In this document: positions 21,288 through 28,462 of the stretch, piece by piece | How positions within the stretch are numbered: the stretch's first letter is position 1 | Layout: each line of letters begins with the position of its first letter | NCBI GenBank assembly: GCA_902628925.1 | Contig: CACOPA010000001.1 | Span: 253,517-317,516 of the forward strand | Direction of reading: 5' to 3' | Origin: an uncultured SAR86 cluster bacterium | GTDB lineage: Bacteria; Pseudomonadota; Gammaproteobacteria; Magnimaribacterales; D2472 | DNA length: 64,000 bases | Position numbers and translations under genes: made by a program | Notes under the pieces: generated by a model | Databases searched by the model: none | What the model was told of the DNA's origin: nothing | The model's input: only the letters and a program-made list of their open reading frames with translations

Positions 21288-22238
21288 ATGATCAAAAAAC
21301 TTTTTTTATTTGTTCTTCTGTTACCAATAGCTAATCTTGAGTCGCATGAATTTAATCCAGCTCACTTGATCATTAATCAAAATAATAATGAGGGAACTTA
21401 TGATGCTACCTGGATGTATCCAGTTAAAAATGTTGGGAAAAAAGCTGAAGTCATATTTCCTGATGTATGCATCTCAGAAGGCTTGGATCCTTATGTGCAG
21501 GGTAAATATTATATTGAAAAAATTGTTCTTAATTGCAGTGAATCGATCAAAGGAAAATCCTTAGAAATAATTGATTTAGGGGTCTTAACAGATGCCCTGG
21601 TAACCATAAATTTTCAAAATGATACTTTTGAGGGATTAGTGAATTCTCAGAGAAATAAATTAGATATTCCAATCACAGAACAATATTACCCAACCACATA
21701 TCTTTACCTTGGCATCGACCACTTATTTGATGGCCTTGATCACATATTATTTATTTTTGGTCTTATATTTTGTATTAGTGGATTGGGAAATATTATTAAA
21801 ACCATCACTGCCTTTACTGTTGCTCATAGCATTACACTTGGACTTTCTATCTATGATTTAATTTACTTACCGCTAGGGACAGTAGAGGCGCTAATTGCTT
21901 TAACAATTATCTATTTAGCCTTGGAAATTAATGAATCTGATAGGCAATTCAAAACTCCCTGGCTGATGGCATTTAGCTTTGGTCTGTTGCATGGGTTAGG
22001 ATTCGCCGGAGCTTTAAGTGACATAGGGATTGCTAACAATCAAATGCTACTTTCTTTATTATTTTTTAATGTAGGCATTGAGATTGCGCAAATTGCTTTG
22101 ATACCTATACCACTGCTGATTATTTATTTATCTACAAAAATAAATATTCAAAATTACTCTCAAATAGCTGCAAGCTTAGTTATTGGTAGTATGGGAGCCT
22201 ATTGGTTTATTGATCGAGTCATCGGCGTCATTCAATAA
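21288..22238 (+). CDS. HupE/UreJ-family membrane protein with extra N-terminal periplasmic domain
   Basis: 316 aa with a signal peptide. The C-terminal half has DHILFIFGL...FTVAHSITLG...GLLHGLGFAG, as in HupE/UreJ_2 proteins. Confidence 0.65.
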   Translation: MIKKLFLFVLLLPIANLESHEFNPAHLIINQNNNEGTYDATWMYPVKNVGKKAEVIFPDVCISEGLDPYVQGKYYIEKIVLNCSESIKGKSLEIIDLGVLTDALVTINFQNDTFEGLVNSQRNKLDIPITEQYYPTTYLYLGIDHLFDGLDHILFIFGLIFCISGLGNIIKTITAFTVAHSITLGLSIYDLIYLPLGTVEALIALTIIYLALEINESDRQFKTPWLMAFSFGLLHGLGFAGALSDIGIANNQMLLSLLFFNVGIEIAQIALIPIPLLIIYLSTKINIQNYSQIAASLVIGSMGAYWFIDRVIGVIQ

Positions 22239-23148
22239 TCATTCCATCCTCGGCAATGATGATATCGCCTGTAAATGTTGATCTGACCTCTTCCATAATA
22301 TCTTTTGGTGTTGATCCCCAAAACAAGATGTGTGAGAGCACTAACTTTTTTGGCTTAGCAAGGCTAGCAATCTCTCCTACTTCAATTGTTGAGGTGTGAT
22401 GTTCTGAATGATATTTCTGCCAGTCCTTTGTTTTCTTTTTAAAACCTTCAAGCGAGTAAACCTCATGAACTAAGATATCAGCATTTTTTGCTAATTCAGC
22501 AATCTTAAGCGATTTTCCAGTATCGCCTGAAAATACAATAACCTTATCTGCAGTTGTAAATCTAAAACCATAGGCATCCTCAAAGTCTCCATGTGGAACT
22601 TTAAAAGCTTCAACTTCTATTTCCTCATTTTCGAAGACAATGCCTTCATTCAGTTCTTTAAATATAAATTTATATCCAGTCTTATTTGCTGGCTGAGTTC
22701 CATTAATTCTGTAATCAATATCAATTTTATTTGCCTTTAGGGTATTTGCTGCAAGCTGATCAAGGCCCTTTGGTCCATATAAATTTAATGGCTTGCTTCT
22801 TCCCATCACCCATGGTGTTAGCAAAAGATCAGCAATGCCCATCGTATGATCTGAATGAAGATGAGTTAGAAATGCATGTTCAAAATTTGCAACATTCATT
22901 TGAGGAATTTTTCCACCCCAATTTTGAGACAACTGAGCAGCATTTCTTATGATTCCTGGACCAAAATCAATCAAATAGACTGCCTGGTCTGTGATCACCG
23001 CATAACCTGAGCCCATTCTGTCCGGATCTGGATTTGGCGTTCCTGATCCCAGAATTGCTAGTTTTGTATCGCCAAACAAAAGACTCGGGATGAGTATTAG
23101 AAATAAAATGATATGAGAAATTTTCAAAAGCCAAGAAAGGCCCCTCAT
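22228..23148 (-). CDS. secreted MBL-fold metallo-hydrolase (RNase Z/ElaC-like fold)
   Basis: 306 aa with an N-terminal signal-like hydrophobic segment, the HLHSDH motif, and later HGD and HH residues. Confidence 0.8.
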   Translation of the reverse strand: MRGLSWLLKISHIILFLILIPSLLFGDTKLAILGSGTPNPDPDRMGSGYAVITDQAVYLIDFGPGIIRNAAQLSQNWGGKIPQMNVANFEHAFLTHLHSDHTMGIADLLLTPWVMGRSKPLNLYGPKGLDQLAANTLKANKIDIDYRINGTQPANKTGYKFIFKELNEGIVFENEEIEVEAFKVPHGDFEDAYGFRFTTADKVIVFSGDTGKSLKIAELAKNADILVHEVYSLEGFKKKTKDWQKYHSEHHTSTIEVGEIASLAKPKKLVLSHILFWGSTPKDIMEEVRSTFTGDIIIAEDGMIIE

Positions 23149-23166
23149 TAAAGAGGGGCAAATAAT

Positions 23167-23862
23167 TTATTTACTTAATTTGTAACCGTTTTGCTGAGCA
23201 ATAAGTAAATCCTCATTAATGTCACCGTGATGAACAATTTGCCCACTATCATTAAAGATGAATCTTTCTACTGTCCACCATCTGACTTCATTTCCATCTT
23301 CATTAGTGTCCTTGCTTTCAAAAGAAGCATAGACTTCATTGCCTTCAGCTACGACAGGATTCCTTTGGATAACCTTTGACCTATCTTTCCAATCTTCTTC
23401 ATTAAAGGTTGATAACCAGCCAAGCATTCTTTCTTTATCGCCTCTATTTGTTTGAAGAGCTCTATTCATTTTTACAGTCATTTTTTTTCCATCTCGCTCC
23501 AGCTTTACTTTGACCTCTCCACCAAGCGGTCCTTGGAATGGAAGTTCATTGCCTTCTTTTGCTTTGATGCCATTAACTGAAAGAATTTTATCGCCAGGTT
23601 TTAGATGATCCTTTGCAGGTGAGTTGACTACTTCTGCAACTGTCATTTCGTCATCATTCATCCTGAAACCAAGGCCTACATATCTACCTAACCATCTGTC
23701 ATAGTCCTCAGCAACTAAAGATGCGTATGTGTCTGCAAATTCCCTAGCCGTGCCATACTCATATAGATCATATAGTTTCTCTACTGTAGCCTTGTTTGAA
23801 GCAGCATCTGCTTGAACAAATAATGCGAAGCAAGCAACAGTAAGTGTTATAAACTTATTCAT
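23167..23862 (-). CDS. secreted PDZ-domain protein embedded in an NTF2/SnoaL-like frame
   Basis: 231 aa with signal peptide MNKFITLTVACFALFVQADA. The central PDZ-like stretch is LKPGDKILSVNGIKA...GGEVKVKLERDGK. The termini resemble the halves of a SnoaL-like fold. Confidence 0.6.
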   Translation of the reverse strand: MNKFITLTVACFALFVQADAASNKATVEKLYDLYEYGTAREFADTYASLVAEDYDRWLGRYVGLGFRMNDDEMTVAEVVNSPAKDHLKPGDKILSVNGIKAKEGNELPFQGPLGGEVKVKLERDGKKMTVKMNRALQTNRGDKERMLGWLSTFNEEDWKDRSKVIQRNPVVAEGNEVYASFESKDTNEDGNEVRWWTVERFIFNDSGQIVHHGDINEDLLIAQQNGYKLSK

Positions 23863-23978
23863 GATTTTCTCCTCTGAAAATATAAGTTAACTATAAAGTA
23901 AAAAAGTTTATTGTTTCTACCTTTGAGTAAAATTTTTTCATGTATTTTTCTAGCACAAAGTGACATAGAATTAGCCTT

Positions 23979-24389
23979 ATGAAAATTCTTGTTATGGGTT
24001 TGCCAGGAAGTGGTAAGACATACCTTACTGAGAGACTTGTTCCTTTACTTGAGGCTGCTTGGTATAACGCTGATAAAGTTAGAACTATGGCAAATGATTG
24101 GGACTTTTCTGAATCTGGCAGGCTGAGGCAGAGTATGAGAATGAAAACCTTTGCTGATTTTGAAAAGGCTAATGGTCGATTCGTTGTCTGTGATTTTGTT
24201 TGTCCTACCAAAGAAACAAGAGAGAATTTTGAACCCGATATTGTTATATGGCTGGATACAATTTCATCCGGACGGTTTGAAGATACCAATAAGATTTTTC
24301 AAAAACCTGAATCGGTTGATTTTCAAGTTACTGAATGGAATGAGACCAACCATATAGAAATAGCAGAAAAGATTTTAAAGAATGTTTGA
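23979..24389 (+). CDS. small P-loop kinase, adenylylsulfate-kinase-like
   Basis: 136 aa with Walker A GLPGSGKT. NADKVRTMANDWDFSESGRLRQSMR echoes the APS-kinase DGDxxR...FS..R pattern. Confidence 0.6.
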   Translation: MKILVMGLPGSGKTYLTERLVPLLEAAWYNADKVRTMANDWDFSESGRLRQSMRMKTFADFEKANGRFVVCDFVCPTKETRENFEPDIVIWLDTISSGRFEDTNKIFQKPESVDFQVTEWNETNHIEIAEKILKNV

Positions 24390-24771
24390 TCCAAAAAAAC
24401 CCACTGTTCAAATGTTAGGCAGATGGCAGCCTTGGCACGATGGCCATCAAGAGCTTTTTAAGCGGTGTGTGGCTAAAACCGGACAGGTAATCATTCAAGT
24501 CAGAGACGTTCAAGGTTCATCTGGAGGTGAGGATCAAGATGACAATCCTTTTGATTGGGACACAGTATGCAAAAATATTGAGGAAGGTTTGTCTAAGGAT
24601 AATTTTACTAGAGGTATTGAATACGAAATCATGCTAGTTCCTAACGTAGTTAATATTACTTACGGACGCGGTGTAGGTTATGTTTTCGAGGAAGAGGTTT
24701 TTGATAAGTCAATAACTGATATTAGTGCAACTAAAATTAGAATGAAAATGAGAGAAGAGGGAGATCTTTAG
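24382..24771 (+). CDS. small cytidylyltransferase-like nucleotidyltransferase (NMN adenylyltransferase/NadM-like)
   Basis: 129 aa. GRWQPWHDGH matches the (T/H)xGH motif context GRFQPxHxGH, and the C-terminal ISATKIR matches the ISxTxxR motif. It overlaps the kinase gene by 8 nt. Confidence 0.6.
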   Translation: MFDPKKPTVQMLGRWQPWHDGHQELFKRCVAKTGQVIIQVRDVQGSSGGEDQDDNPFDWDTVCKNIEEGLSKDNFTRGIEYEIMLVPNVVNITYGRGVGYVFEEEVFDKSITDISATKIRMKMREEGDL

Positions 24772-24938
24772 CTTTTTAAATTTTTTACTTCTGCTTCAAG
24801 TTTTTCAATTCTAGCTTCTAATTTTCAGAGCTCAGCTTTTTTCACAAATCCAGATTCCTTTAAAAACTTTTCAAGCGCAGGCTTTAGCATTTTTTCCATG
24901 CCCTTAATGTCTCCTGCCATTTTTAATGGATTAAACAT
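24768..24938 (-). pseudogene. UbiK/YqiC (BMFP)-like mini-ORF with one in-frame TGA
   Basis: Reverse-strand ATG at 24938 gives MFNPLKMAGDIKGMEKMLKPALEKFLKESGFVKKAEL, then TGA (24825-24827). The same frame continues KLEARIEKLEAEVKNLKS to TAA (24768-24770). The N-terminus MxxPxK and the C-terminal LEARIxxLE coiled coil resemble E. coli YqiC/UbiK. Confidence 0.4.
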
Positions 24939-25007
24939 AAATTCCCTTTGGCCATTAATTAGCGTAATATTTTATTAGCTAGCAACCAATTTTCAAAGAG
25001 AGGATAT

Positions 25008-25424
25008 ATGAGCATTTCAGCATATTTAGACAATGTCGCAAAACCATTTATGAACCTTAGCCCATGGCTATTAAGGCTTTCACTTGGAACATCTTTTATT
25101 CTTCATGGATTAGGTAAATTCCCAATGCCAGCCGATGGCATGGTTAAATTATTTGAGAGTAAAGGAATCCTTTTTCCTGAGTTAACTGCTAGCCTCGTAG
25201 CGCTAGGAGAGGTTGGTGCTGGTGCAGCAGTGATAATCGGTGGATTTCTTGGAGCAACTGGTCATCTTGTCACTCGATTGGGTGGTGGCGCAGTTGCTGT
25301 AATTATGATTGGAGCTCTACTAATTGCTCATCCTGACTGGTTGATTACTAAAAAATTATTCATGAGTGAACAAATTTTCTTATTGGCTTTGGGAACCTAT
25401 TTCGCTATAAGAGGAAATAACTAA
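25008..25424 (+). CDS. DoxX-family membrane protein
   Basis: 138 aa with 4 TM helices and the N-terminal LRLSLGTSFILHGLGKF typical of DoxX. Confidence 0.75.
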   Translation: MSISAYLDNVAKPFMNLSPWLLRLSLGTSFILHGLGKFPMPADGMVKLFESKGILFPELTASLVALGEVGAGAAVIIGGFLGATGHLVTRLGGGAVAVIMIGALLIAHPDWLITKKLFMSEQIFLLALGTYFAIRGNN

Positions 25425-25446
25425 CAAAGTTGTTGCAAATCTAAAT

Positions 25447-25471
25447 GAGAATGATTATCATTATCATTCTC
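25447..25471. promoter_or_regulatory. Fur box
   Basis: GAGAATGATTATCATTATC (25447-25465) matches the 19-bp Fur consensus GATAATGATAATCATTATC at 17/19 positions. The site is embedded in a 25-bp near-palindrome about 45 nt upstream of the TonB-dependent receptor start. Confidence 0.8.
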
Positions 25472-25516
25472 AAAGGATAGGTTTTCTTATTCTTTGATTT
25501 TTAATTGGAGAATAAA

Positions 25517-27634
25517 ATGGAAATTTCAAATCATTCAAAACCAAAATTCTGGGTGAGCCAAGCTATCAGCTTGCCGTCACTAATAGTTTATTTAACTATT
25601 TGCTTAACCTTACTTATATCACCTCTAGCTTTTGCTCAAGTAGATGAGATTGAGGAAGTAATTGTTAAGGGCAATGTTTTATATTCTGATCAAGTAAACG
25701 CCTTAAAAACCCCAGTTGAGGTTATTGATGTACCGCAAACAGTCTCAATAATTACTGATGAAGATATTAGGAAGCAAGGCTTCAGGCAAATTGGTGACAT
25801 TATTAGGTACACACCAGGTGTAAATACTTCCCAAGGAGAGGGCCATAGGGATGCAGTTGTATTTAGAGGCGTTAGGTCTACAGCAGACTTCTATCAGGAT
25901 GGTGTTAGGGACGATGTTCAATATTACAGATCACTATATAACATAGATCAGGTTGAAATCCTTAGGGGACCAAACGCATTATTATTTGGCCGTGGAGGAA
26001 CTGGAGGTATTCTAAATAGAGTTACTAAGAAAGCTAAGGTTGGAGAGAATTTTGGTTCTTTTGACTTTGGAATCGATAGCTTTGGAGGAAGTGATCTTGC
26101 TGCTGATTATAACGTTGAGACTGGAACAAATACTGCGCTTCGATTCAATATTCACAGTGATGCTTTAGAAAATCATAGAGATCATTACGATGGCGATCGA
26201 CTTGGTTTTAATCCAACAATGAGAGTTGAGCTCAGTTCTGCAACAACACTAGATTTATCATATGAATATGCAGATCATGAAAGATTTATAGATAGAGGTG
26301 TGCCAACAATGAATGGAGAGCCTGTTGAAGCTTTCGAAAAAGTAACATTTGGCGATCCAAAAATTAACACCACAACCCTTGAGGCAGATATATTTAGAGG
26401 TTCCTTAAATCACGACTTTTCTGATACCAGTAAAGGCGTTATTTCCATTACTTCCAGTGAATTTGAAAAAATGTACAGGAACCTCTATGCCTCCGGATAT
26501 GATGGCACACTCGTGACCATGGATGGTTACGAAGACCCTACAGAGAGAGAAAACTTCATTTTATCTGCAAATCTCATTAATGAATTAACATTTGGTTCAA
26601 CAAAACATACCTTATTAGTAGGTACTGAAATGATCGATACTGAAAATGCAAATCTAAGATATGATACTTACTGGTCAACTACTCAAAAAGATAAAGAATC
26701 ATTCAAGATCACCAGGCCAATGGATTTCTCAGTAAATTCTGATGGAGTTGCCACAAGTGTTGACTTTACAACAAAGCTTAAAAGCAAAACAGAATCTGAT
26801 ATAGAAGTAACCTCATTCTATATTCAAGATCAAATTGATGTTAACGAAAACTTGAAGCTAATGCTTGGCGCAAGAGTAGATACGTTTGATATAACTGTTA
26901 AAGATATTAAGTCAGGAACATCACAATCAAGAGAAGACGATGAAGTATCTCCAAGAGCAGGAGTAATTTTTAAACCTGCTGATAATGTATCTTGGTATGT
27001 TAGTTATAGCGAAAGTTTCTTGCCAAGATCTGGTGAGCAATTTAAAAAGCTTACTGCTGACGCCGCAAGACTAGATCCAGACGTATTTGAGAATACAGAG
27101 TTTGGAGTGAAGTGGAGCATTACGCCTAGCTTATACTTTACAGCAGCATACTTTGACAGTGAGCAAACACAAGCTGTAAGAGATAGTGAGACAGGTGAGA
27201 ATTCAGAAATTGTTGGCTTGCAAGTTGATGGATTTGAGCTTGAGTTAAAGGGTGATGTTAACGAAAAGCTATCAATTGCTGTGGGTGTAACAAGTATGGA
27301 TGGAGAAACTAGCTCTGGTGGTGAGCCAAGAGAAATCCCAGATACACAAGCTTCTTTATGGGCAACCTATCAAGTTAATGACAGATTTGGTTTGGGTTTT
27401 GGTTTTACACACCAAGGAGAATCTAATATCAGCAATAATAAGCCAGGCTTAGTATTGCCTGACTATACAAGAGTTGATTTAGCTGCATACTATATGATCT
27501 CAGATGAGTGGAGCATGCAGTTCAACGTAGAGAACCTTACTGATGAACTCTATTTCCCGCATTCTCATAGCACACACCAAGCATCAGTTGGCGAACCAAT
27601 GAATGCAAGAATTTCAATTAGGAGGAATTTCTAA
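25517..27634 (+). CDS. TonB-dependent (siderophore-type) outer-membrane receptor
   Basis: About 705 aa with a signal peptide and plug domain (VIDVPQTVSIITDEDI..., RGVRSTADFYQDGVRD, EILRGPNALLFGRG). It has a beta-barrel and a terminal aromatic (..RISIRRNF). The ATG at 25517 is preceded by GGAG (25507-25510); the track start at 25505 is TTG. Confidence 0.9.
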   Translation: MEISNHSKPKFWVSQAISLPSLIVYLTICLTLLISPLAFAQVDEIEEVIVKGNVLYSDQVNALKTPVEVIDVPQTVSIITDEDIRKQGFRQIGDIIRYTPGVNTSQGEGHRDAVVFRGVRSTADFYQDGVRDDVQYYRSLYNIDQVEILRGPNALLFGRGGTGGILNRVTKKAKVGENFGSFDFGIDSFGGSDLAADYNVETGTNTALRFNIHSDALENHRDHYDGDRLGFNPTMRVELSSATTLDLSYEYADHERFIDRGVPTMNGEPVEAFEKVTFGDPKINTTTLEADIFRGSLNHDFSDTSKGVISITSSEFEKMYRNLYASGYDGTLVTMDGYEDPTERENFILSANLINELTFGSTKHTLLVGTEMIDTENANLRYDTYWSTTQKDKESFKITRPMDFSVNSDGVATSVDFTTKLKSKTESDIEVTSFYIQDQIDVNENLKLMLGARVDTFDITVKDIKSGTSQSREDDEVSPRAGVIFKPADNVSWYVSYSESFLPRSGEQFKKLTADAARLDPDVFENTEFGVKWSITPSLYFTAAYFDSEQTQAVRDSETGENSEIVGLQVDGFELELKGDVNEKLSIAVGVTSMDGETSSGGEPREIPDTQASLWATYQVNDRFGLGFGFTHQGESNISNNKPGLVLPDYTRVDLAAYYMISDEWSMQFNVENLTDELYFPHSHSTHQASVGEPMNARISIRRNF

Positions 27635-27648
27635 TTTAGTTTTGGGAC

Positions 27649-27700
27649 GGCTGCTTAGTCATGATGATCCTTGTGCTTCCATACGGTGATCTAAGCAGCC
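27649..27700. repeat. GC-rich perfect 10-bp inverted repeat with 32-nt spacer
   Basis: ggctgcttag (27649-27658) and ctaagcagcc (27691-27700), 15 nt after the receptor stop. No U-tract follows, so this is not a canonical intrinsic terminator. Confidence 0.5.
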
Positions 27701-27871
27701 AATTCACCAGTTTGGGTAGATAATCAATGAACTTAGTTACATTCCCCTAAGTGTTAGTTTCACATAACTCATATAGATTTTCTACCCAACCATTTTTAAA
27801 GTAAAGAACTTTTATAACATCTCATAATATATTTTTTTAGAAATTAATCTTGTACAATAGCTCTCCAATGT

Positions 27872-27947
27872 GGGGCTATAGCTCAGCTGGGAGAGCACCT
27901 GCTTTGCAAGCAGGGGGTCCGCGGTTCGATCCCGCGTAGCTCCACCA
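27872..27947 (+). tRNA. tRNA-Ala (anticodon UGC)
   Basis: ggggcta acceptor with the G3:U70 identity pair context, anticodon loop cuUGCaa, T-arm ccgcggttcgatcccgcg, encoded CCA. Confidence 0.95.
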
Positions 27948-27955
27948 ATTTTCAG

Positions 27956-28462
27956 ATGATCAAATTTCCTTCAACAATTTCTTTAATCGGTATGGCAGGC
28001 GCTGGAAAGACTTCTGTTGGCAAAGCTCTAGCAGAGAAATTAAATTATAAATTTATAGATACAGATAAAGTTATTGAGGATACGCATAAAAGCTCTTTGC
28101 AAGAATTGCTAGAAAGATATGGATACTTAAAACTAAGAGAAATCGAAGAAAAGGAAGTTCTAAGCCTATCAATTGATGGAAGCATAATTTCAACAGGCGG
28201 AAGTATTGTCTATGGAGCCGATGCAATGAATTTTTTAAATGAAAATTCAACCATTGTTTATCTTGAGATGAGTTTAGAGCAAATCTACAAAAGAAAAATT
28301 AATTTTTCAAATAGAGGCTTTGCAAAGCATCCCGACCAATCCATTGAAGAAGTATTTGCTGAACGCACAGAACTTTATAAAAAGTATGCAAGACTTACTG
28401 TTTCAAATAATGCTGAAATTGACGATTGTGTGAATCTAATTATTGATAGGCTTAATCAATAA
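27956..28462 (+). CDS. shikimate-kinase-like P-loop kinase (divergent paralogue)
   Basis: 168 aa with Walker A GMAGAGKTS and a DTD motif, in the AroK/AroL layout. The shikimate-binding GGG is STGGS here. It starts 8 nt after tRNA-Ala. Confidence 0.6.
   Translation: MIKFPSTISLIGMAGAGKTSVGKALAEKLNYKFIDTDKVIEDTHKSSLQELLERYGYLKLREIEEKEVLSLSIDGSIISTGGSIVYGADAMNFLNENSTIVYLEMSLEQIYKRKINFSNRGFAKHPDQSIEEVFAERTELYKKYARLTVSNNAEIDDCVNLIIDRLNQ

Noticed and set aside
23891-24289. 132-aa minus-strand ORF overlapping the P-loop kinase gene
   Set aside because: The opposite strand encodes a protein with a Walker A motif and APS-kinase-like pattern. The minus-strand product is low-complexity (S/L-rich).
24825-24827. 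In-frame TGA of the UbiK-like ORF as a selenocysteine codon
   Set aside because: No SECIS-like hairpin is evident immediately downstream. No sel genes are in the window, and the aligned position in UbiK homologues is not a Cys or redox residue.
25425-25504. Cobalamin or other riboswitch upstream of the TonB-dependent receptor
   Set aside because: Only about 90 nt of leader is available, and it is occupied by a near-consensus Fur box. That is too short for a B12 aptamer.
27784-27799. Possible att-like direct repeat of the tRNA-Ile 3' end: acccaaccatttttaa vs acccaccaagttttaa at 19831-19846, 13/16 identical, lying 72 nt upstream of tRNA-Ala
   Set aside because: The position is suggestive for an island inserted at tRNA-Ile. 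However, the match is short, half of it is an A/T run in an AT-rich genome, and there is no integrase. It is not distinguishable from chance without a statistical test.
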